From IMG/VR virus record IMGVR_UViG_2531839529_000011: 14,431 nucleotides of DNA; one strand, written 5' to 3'. A program made the position numbers and the translations under genes. The DNA is from a virus (lineage: Duplodnaviria; Heunggongvirae; Uroviricota; Caudoviricetes). Numbering within the stretch: the stretch's first letter is position 1; each line of letters opens with the position of its first letter. Below are positions 1 through 5,420 of this stretch, piece after piece. The notes under the pieces are model-generated. The model saw only the letters and a list, made by a program, of their open reading frames with translations, searched no databases and was not told the origin of the DNA.

Positions 1-933
1 ATGGACAACGACAAAATTGATCAACACAGCGACGAAATTGAAGTTGAGAGCGAAGAAAAAGAGCGCGGCAAAAAAATAGAAATAGATGAAGACCGACTCC
101 CCTCCCGGGCGATGGCAATTCATGAGCATATCCGCCAGGATGGTGAAAAAGAGCTGGAACGCGACGCAATGGCGCTACTGTGGTCAGCCATTGCGGCGGG
201 TCTGTCGATGGGCGCTTCGCTACTGGCAAAAGGGATATTTCATGTCGAACTGGAAGGAGTGCCAGGCAGCTTCTTACTGGAGAATCTCGGTTATACCTTT
301 GGTTTTATTATCGTCATTATGGCCCGCCAGCAATTATTTACCGAAAACACCGTGACTGCGGTACTACCCGTCATGCAAAAACCGACAATGAGCAACGTCG
401 GCTTACTTATGCGATTATGGGGCGTCGTGCTGCTGGGTAATATTCTCGGGACAGGTATTGCTGCATGGGCATTTGAATATATGCCTATCTTCAATGAAGA
501 AACTCGCGATGCATTTGTCAAAATCGGCATGGATGTGATGAAGAACACCCCCAGCGAGATGTTTGCCAACGCGATCATTTCCGGCTGGCTGATCGCCACT
601 ATGGTTTGGATGTTTCCTGCTGCGGGTGCGGCAAAGATTGTGGTGATTATATTGATGACCTGGCTTATTGCACTGGGTGACACCACCCACATCGTTGTCG
701 GTTCTGTTGAAATCCTCTATCTGGTGTTTAACGGCACGCTGCACTGGAGCGATTTCATCTGGCCCTTCGCACTACCTACTTTAGCGGGGAACATCTGCGG
801 CGGCACCTTTATCTTCGCGTTAATGAGTCATGCACAGATTCGTAACGACATGAGCAACAAGCGTAAAGCAGAAGCACGCCAAAAAGCAGAACGTGCGGAA
901 AACATTAAGAAAAATGATAAAAACCCAGCATAA
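1..933 (+). CDS. yfdC: Formate/nitrite transporter (FNT) family inner-membrane protein YfdC
   Basis: 310-aa ORF starting at base 1, stop TAA 931-933. Hydrophobic multi-pass protein with charged N- and C-terminal tails. Sequence and position directly upstream of argW recognised from memory as E. coli yfdC. Confidence 0.85.
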   Translation: MDNDKIDQHSDEIEVESEEKERGKKIEIDEDRLPSRAMAIHEHIRQDGEKELERDAMALLWSAIAAGLSMGASLLAKGIFHVELEGVPGSFLLENLGYTFGFIIVIMARQQLFTENTVTAVLPVMQKPTMSNVGLLMRLWGVVLLGNILGTGIAAWAFEYMPIFNEETRDAFVKIGMDVMKNTPSEMFANAIISGWLIATMVWMFPAAGAAKIVVIILMTWLIALGDTTHIVVGSVEILYLVFNGTLHWSDFIWPFALPTLAGNICGGTFIFALMSHAQIRNDMSNKRKAEARQKAERAENIKKNDKNPA

Positions 934-968
934 ATGGCGAGGGTTTAAGCAATCGAGCGGCAGCGTAC

Positions 969-997
969 TTACCCCGCAGTCCATTAGCGGGTATACT
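969..997 (+). promoter_or_regulatory. Putative sigma70 promoter of argW
   Basis: -10 TATACT at 992-997, weak -35 TTACCC at 969-974 (17-bp spacer), GC-rich discriminator catgccgc just before the tRNA 5' end at 1009. Confidence 0.35.
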
Positions 998-1008
998 CAT
1001 GCCGCATT

Positions 1009-1083
1009 GTCCTCTTAGTTAAATGGATATAACGAGCCCCTCCTAAGGGCTAATTGCAGGTTCGATTCCTGCAGGGGACACTT
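1009..1083 (+). tRNA. argW: tRNA-Arg (anticodon CCU)
   Basis: Cloverleaf readable by eye: acceptor GTCCTCT pairs with AGGGGAC, anticodon loop CT-CCT-AA, T-arm GGTTCGATTCC, discriminator A at 1080. Matches E. coli argW as I recall it. The 3' CCA is not encoded (gene reads ACACTTT), consistent with the island junction at the tRNA 3' end. Confidence 0.85.
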
Positions 1084-1256
1084 TAAAGACCTTTCTCTAC
1101 ATTTCACTTCATTACATAACCACTTAAAAAAAACAGTAAGTTATCACCGAATCGGCCTGATTTTCATTTCAGTTAATTTCATGACATTACAACCTCGTGA
1201 TGGTATAAGTGATGGTATTCCCCAGTTCGATATGCAGATACCATCAATTTACCAAA

Positions 1257-2543
1257 ATGAGTACAGATATGGCCATTAATGTGCTTTCCCCCAAACAGAT
1301 AGAAAACGCCAAGCCGAAGACCAATGATTACAAACTTACCGATGGAGGGAGTTTGTATCTACTGGTACGAAAGACTGGTGGAAAATACTGGCGTATGAAT
1401 TATCGTTTTGATGGAAAACAAGTGACATTGGCATTAGGGGTCTACCCAGATGTCTCACTTGCAACAGCGCGGAAACGGCGTGATGAAGCCAGGCAACTAC
1501 TAGCCGATGGCCGTGATCCTCGCGAAGCAAAGAAACCCAAAAAGGAAGACCCAATTTCCCCCACGTTCGAGAGTGTTGCCAGAGAGTGGCATAGTGGAAC
1601 GATGGGGCATCCTGAGTGGAAAGAGATCACCCGTAAAAAAATTCTCCGAGAAATGGAAAACCACCTCTTTCCTGCCATCGGTTCAAAGCCTATCGATACG
1701 CTCAAAACCCGTGACTTGATGCCGATGCTGGTTGAGATGACTGAGAAAGGAATTGGTGCCACAACGAGCCGGGTAAAAACCACTATGACGAGCATCTTCC
1801 GTTATGCCGTGCAACGTGGAATTGTCGATTACAACCCTGCCCACGATCTAAAAGGTGCAATTACGGCCCCCAAAGTACGACATCGCCCCGCACTACCTCT
1901 CGAACGTTTACCTGAACTGTTAGCGAAAACGAGAAGTTACACGGGAAGACCATTGACTCGCCTAGCAGTTCTCTTTTCCCTGCACACTTTTGTGCGATCC
2001 AGCGAACTACGACATGCCAGATGGGAGGAGATCGACATTGAAAATGGGCTATGGACGATACCAGGACAACGTGAAGAGATCGCAGGGGTTAAATTCTCAG
2101 ATCGGGGTGCAAAGATGGGGGCTGCTCATTATGTCCCGCTATCTAGTCAGGCTATCGGGGTACTGGAGGATATAAGGAAAATCAGTGGTGAATATCTGCT
2201 GGTTTTCCCCGGTGACAGCAACCCATATAAACCGATGAGCGAAAACACAGTTAATAAAGCACTGCGAACGATGGGTTACGACACTCAAACTGATGTATGC
2301 TTACATGGGTTCAGGGCGATGGCCTGCTCTGCACTGACCGAATCAGGACTCTGGTCACGCGATGCAGTTGAACGGCAGATGAGTCACCAAGAAAGAAACG
2401 AAGTGCGGGCAGCATATGTGCATCTTGCGCAGCACATGCAGGAACGCCGCAGAATGATGCAATGGTGGTCTAATTATCTGGAACTAAATAAGGACGAATT
2501 TCATGCTCCTTATGACTTATCAGGTATTAACATTATCAATTAA
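1257..2543 (+). CDS. int: P4-type tyrosine integrase (site-specific recombinase)
   Basis: ORF 1209-2543 with a GTG at 1209; the likely start is ATG 1257 (MSTDMAINVLSPKQIENAKP...) or ATG 1269. N-terminal P4-integrase arm-binding signature (AKPK..YKLTDGGSLYLLV, WRMNYRFDGK). C-terminal catalytic region has HGFRAMA...R...VRAAYVH, the R/H-x-x-R/Y tyrosine recombinase motifs. Confidence 0.9.
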   Translation: MSTDMAINVLSPKQIENAKPKTNDYKLTDGGSLYLLVRKTGGKYWRMNYRFDGKQVTLALGVYPDVSLATARKRRDEARQLLADGRDPREAKKPKKEDPISPTFESVAREWHSGTMGHPEWKEITRKKILREMENHLFPAIGSKPIDTLKTRDLMPMLVEMTEKGIGATTSRVKTTMTSIFRYAVQRGIVDYNPAHDLKGAITAPKVRHRPALPLERLPELLAKTRSYTGRPLTRLAVLFSLHTFVRSSELRHARWEEIDIENGLWTIPGQREEIAGVKFSDRGAKMGAAHYVPLSSQAIGVLEDIRKISGEYLLVFPGDSNPYKPMSENTVNKALRTMGYDTQTDVCLHGFRAMACSALTESGLWSRDAVERQMSHQERNEVRAAYVHLAQHMQERRRMMQWWSNYLELNKDEFHAPYDLSGINIIN

Positions 2544-2573
2544 ATACTCTTATAATTTAAAACAGAGGTCATA

Positions 2574-2867
2574 ATGCAGCATTCAACAGAGAATGAAACT
2601 ATATTCTTAGGAAATCTATGGATTGACAAAAAAATACCACCATTAGAATATTGTTCATTTGAACGCGCTTCAAGACTATTAGAATGCGAGATTGATGATT
2701 TATTACACCTATACGAAATAGGCGCTTTTAATATCGCATTCAAGGCGGATGGACTTGCAGTTAGATTTAATGTTAATTTCCTCAATAAAAATCAGAAAGT
2801 GGAAATTGACTTAATTCATCCCGTATTAACTAATCAATCACTAGAGATGGAATTTTCAACAATATAG
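2574..2867 (+). CDS. Hypothetical protein, N-terminal segment of an AT-rich cargo gene (ends at in-frame TAG)
   Basis: ATG 2574 preceded by SD agagg; about 33% GC. Terminates at TAG 2865-2867; the same frame stays open from 2868 into the next ORF. Confidence 0.5.
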   Translation: MQHSTENETIFLGNLWIDKKIPPLEYCSFERASRLLECEIDDLLHLYEIGAFNIAFKADGLAVRFNVNFLNKNQKVEIDLIHPVLTNQSLEMEFSTI

Positions 2868-2954
2868 TATGACCTTAAAGATGATTCCTTTGAACATTTT
2901 GAAAATGGGCTTCAAATTATAGGATTTGCCTGTGGTATTTGGTACGCCGATGAT

Positions 2955-3455
2955 ATGATAAGTGACATAAAAAATGGATTAGCTATAGATCCAGATTATG
3001 AATTCAGGCTTAAACCGGTAAAAATACGAGATAATGTTTTGATGGCAACGGCCTCATATGAAGGAAATAAGGTCATTGATATTCCATTTGAAGATCTTCT
3101 TATCATGCGAAGAGATTTAGAGTTAATATGGAAATCAGTAAAAACTGGAATTCCTATGCCAAGTTTACTTACGAAAAGAATTTCATCTGAACCTAAAATC
3201 CCCAAGCGATTAAATAACACTGCTGAGCATCATGCAAAAAATAGGGAGGGGTTATTAAATGCAGCCATATATATATTAGCAAAATACCCAAGCGAATGTC
3301 GTGGTGAAAGAAAAGAGATAAGTCCTGAAAAGTGGACTAACGCCATAATTAAACATTTAGGAGAGCTACCTCCAATATTTATCACTAATGAACAAGAAAT
3401 CTTAAGAAAATTACGATTAGCGGTTAATCATGCGGGATTAAAACAAAAGGGGTAG
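2955..3455 (+). CDS. Hypothetical protein, C-terminal segment of the same AT-rich cargo gene (positional analogue of the gene between int and alpA in CP4-57-type islands)
   Basis: 166-aa ORF in the same frame as 2574-2867 with no stop between 2868 and 2954. Low GC. No family recognised. Confidence 0.5.
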   Translation: MISDIKNGLAIDPDYEFRLKPVKIRDNVLMATASYEGNKVIDIPFEDLLIMRRDLELIWKSVKTGIPMPSLLTKRISSEPKIPKRLNNTAEHHAKNREGLLNAAIYILAKYPSECRGERKEISPEKWTNAIIKHLGELPPIFITNEQEILRKLRLAVNHAGLKQKG

Positions 3456-3521
3456 ACTGAAACAATCTACAGGTAGAGTTGATTACACTACCTTCACAGC
3501 ATTTTGATATCCCCATAGTAT

Positions 3522-3549
3522 CTGCCGTGTTCATTACATAACACGGCAG
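3522..3549 (+). promoter_or_regulatory. Perfect 10-bp inverted repeat (CTGCCGTGTT / AACACGGCAG) with 8-nt loop CATTACAT, just upstream of the alpA start
   Basis: Read directly. It overlaps the expected alpA promoter/RBS region and may also terminate the upstream cargo gene. Confidence 0.4.
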
Positions 3550-3557
3550 GTAATTTC

Positions 3558-3773
3558 ATGACATTAAAAACTTATCCTATCACTGGACATGCCCGCCCAC
3601 GAGCTACTGCTGACTTTTTGCAAATAAGTACGGTTACTCTCTGGCGCTGGGAAAAGAACAATCCTGAATTTCCCAAATCTATACGCATTTCAAAACGGGT
3701 ATCTGTTTACGATGCACAAGAAATTAGGCAGTGGGTTAAAGCTCAATCAGCAGGATTGGAGGAAGTAGTGTAA
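3558..3773 (+). CDS. alpA: AlpA-family phage regulatory protein (MerR-like HTH; excision/int regulator)
   Basis: 71-aa ORF with the motif LQISTVTLWRWEKNNPEFPKSIRISKRVSVYDAQEIRQWV, typical of AlpA prophage regulators, in the canonical position downstream of a P4-type int. Confidence 0.85.
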   Translation: MTLKTYPITGHARPRATADFLQISTVTLWRWEKNNPEFPKSIRISKRVSVYDAQEIRQWVKAQSAGLEEVV

Positions 3774-3791
3774 TGACAATATTAACAAAGC

Positions 3792-3813
3792 TGGGGAGAA
3801 AAAAGCCTCCCCA
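3792..3813 (-). terminator. Putative intrinsic terminator for the minus-strand RHH gene
   Basis: Stem TGGGGAG / CTCCCCA with an 8-nt loop; on the minus strand it is followed by a T-rich tract (TTTGTTAAT). Lies between the alpA stop and the RHH gene stop. Confidence 0.35.
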
Positions 3814-3822
3814 ACGTATTAA

Positions 3823-4017
3823 TCAATTCTTTGGTTCTAAACCTCGGCTTTGTAACTCTTTGCGTAGAATGCGCTTGATCCAAGCCGCTAGCGATTCATC
3901 GCCATCCTGCTGTTGTGCTTGTTCCATCAGTTCACGCAGTTCAGGGTCAAGTCGGAACTGGAATGGCGGATTCCCACGTCTTTCATTTTTGTGTGTTGAC
4001 ACGTCAATTACACCCAT
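3823..4017 (-). CDS. Small ribbon-helix-helix (Arc/CopG-like) DNA-binding protein, probable island repressor
   Basis: 64-aa ORF. PPFQFRLDPELRELMEQAQQ...ESLAAWIKRILRKEL fits a beta-strand / helix A / helix B RHH layout. Divergent from the replication operon with a palindromic operator over its own promoter. No strong SD. Confidence 0.55.
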   Translation of the reverse strand: MGVIDVSTHKNERRGNPPFQFRLDPELRELMEQAQQQDGDESLAAWIKRILRKELQSRGLEPKN

Positions 4018-4070
4018 TGTAATGTATTTATGTGTAATGACACATTACACACAGAAAAACAAAATAGCAA
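3996..4070. promoter_or_regulatory. Divergent, overlapping sigma70 promoters with a 9-bp perfect palindrome operator
   Basis: Plus strand: -35 TTGACA 3996-4001, -10 TAATGT 4020-4025 (18-bp spacer), reading toward icd/primase. Minus strand: -35 TTGCTA (rc of 4065-4070), 17-bp spacer, -10 TAATGT (rc of 4042-4047), reading into the RHH gene. Palindrome TGTGTAATG-aca-CATTACACA at 4031-4051 sits at both start sites; second dyad ATTACA...TGTAAT at 4007-4024. Confidence 0.5.
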
Positions 4071-4133
4071 CGCCCCGGAGTGTTTGCAGCAGCACCGAGG
4101 CGTCTGACCAGCACGTTATATGAGGTAACGAAG

Positions 4134-4310
4134 ATGGCTAAACAGAAGTGTACCTGGTTATTTGCGGCGATCAACCGCAGTCAACGTAATGCCCGTCCGG
4201 TGATGTTAAGGATCACCGCAGATAACGAACGATCAGCGCGGCGCAGACTTGCCCCGGACTATGTACTGAGCTTTGCCGGGCGCATTCCCTGCGGAGGTGA
4301 ACATGCGTAA
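4134..4310 (+). CDS. Icd-like host cell-division inhibitor (small P4-family early protein)
   Basis: ATG 4134 with SD tgaggt; 58 aa MAKQKCTWLFAAINRSQRNARPVMLRITADNERSARRRLAPDYVLSFAGRIPCGGEHA. The LRITADNERSARR.LAPDY.LSFAGRIP motif matches Icd-like proteins of P4-like prophages as I recall them. The ORF track extends to a GTG at 4080. Confidence 0.55.
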   Translation: MAKQKCTWLFAAINRSQRNARPVMLRITADNERSARRRLAPDYVLSFAGRIPCGGEHA

Positions 4311-4662
4311 TTATCCGCACCCCGGCGAACGCTGGCAGCATGAACGTGGCTGGACGGTCACGATTATCCGATTAATAGAAGCCTCGCCCTCTGTGGCGCT
4401 GGTTAATCCTGAATTCAGCTGTGAAGTGCTGATACGTCATGACAGCGACAACCAGCTATCTTCCTGCCCTCTGGCATGGTTTGAACAGCGGTATACGCGC
4501 CTGTTTGATGTACCGCTCTTTAAGCCTGCACCAGCTCCTGCAGGCGGTAGTGGTTCCGGCCCGCTGACACTGCATCCGTCTGTGCTATTTATCCGCTGGC
4601 GGGAGCGTAGCATATGGCGTTCTGCTGAGCCTGACGACGGTCACTATTCAAAGTTTCTCTGA
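4303..4662 (+). CDS. Hypothetical protein (primase-operon small ORF 1)
   Basis: ATG 4303 preceded by strong SD GGAGGTG (4293-4299); overlaps the icd-like stop by 8 nt. Backbone-type GC. Confidence 0.55.
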   Translation: MRNYPHPGERWQHERGWTVTIIRLIEASPSVALVNPEFSCEVLIRHDSDNQLSSCPLAWFEQRYTRLFDVPLFKPAPAPAGGSGSGPLTLHPSVLFIRWRERSIWRSAEPDDGHYSKFL

Positions 4663-4693
4663 CAAAATACCGCTGAAAACGGAGTAATCCACG

Positions 4694-4978
4694 ATGAATA
4701 TTTCAAACGGGCACAACGGTGCTCAGGGCCACACTTTGCCTGAAAAACACAATACCGGTGCTTTTGCCTATGGGTTGTCAGAGGACAGTTTCGGAAAGCT
4801 GACCCGCGCAAAAAATGCCTGCGACATGCTCCAGCTTCTCTTTTCTGAATACCCGTCTCAGGCCGGAGCACTGGACGCTGGCTGTGCGCATGGTGTCGCC
4901 GCGCTGATGGAGTACCTGCTGGCAGATTTGACGGATATTGCACACAGCTGCGCACTGATTGAAGGAGGTGCCAGATGA
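4694..4978 (+). CDS. Hypothetical protein (primase-operon small ORF 2)
   Basis: ATG 4694 with SD ggag; 94 aa; stop overlaps the next start (ATGA at 4975-4978). Confidence 0.55.
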   Translation: MNISNGHNGAQGHTLPEKHNTGAFAYGLSEDSFGKLTRAKNACDMLQLLFSEYPSQAGALDAGCAHGVAALMEYLLADLTDIAHSCALIEGGAR

Positions 4979-5358
4979 ACCAGCCGCAGGTTTCCATTTT
5001 CCCGGCAGAAATGACCACCGCGCTTTACCGGCGGGCTATTGCTTCAGCATGGCGGCAGAAAATGCTGAACGAAACTGGTAGTGATCAGTATGGTCCGCAC
5101 AGCCTGACGGTGGAGCGTATTGAAATGGCCATTGCGCTGCATATCGAGTGCGTACTGATTAACGAGTACGGCGAAGTGCAGGGCGCCGCTGCCGCGCTGG
5201 CACTGCTGACTGACATGCTGGAGCCATCACTGCTGACCGCGCCGCCGGTACTGACCGCGCGCGGCTGTGAAGTGATGGCGGAGATGTACCGCACGCTTCC
5301 GGCGGCCTTTGATGACTTCTGCAGTACCGGTGTGACGTTGTATGAGGGGGAAGTATGA
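4975..5358 (+). CDS. Hypothetical protein (primase-operon small ORF 3)
   Basis: ATG 4975 with SD GGAGGTG; 127 aa; stop TGA 5356-5358 overlaps ATG 5355 (ATGA coupling to the primase's original start). Confidence 0.55.
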   Translation: MNQPQVSIFPAEMTTALYRRAIASAWRQKMLNETGSDQYGPHSLTVERIEMAIALHIECVLINEYGEVQGAAAALALLTDMLEPSLLTAPPVLTARGCEVMAEMYRTLPAAFDDFCSTGVTLYEGEV

Positions 5359-5420
5359 CAATACAGACGGTTACGCAGATTTCAGCCGCCGCACGGGGGA
5401 AATAGCCCGTTATTCTGCAG

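Noticed and set aside
86-744. Alternative-frame and antisense ORFs within yfdC (86-355, 180-440, 291-692 minus, 415-744 minus).
   Set aside because: Embedded in a recognisable, full-length conserved transporter gene.
1209-1256. GTG-initiated 5' extension of the integrase (MMVFPSSICRYHQFTK...).
   Set aside because: The extension has no counterpart in P4-type integrase N-termini as I recall them; the conserved arm-binding region begins just after ATG 1257/1269. Kept only as an alternative start.
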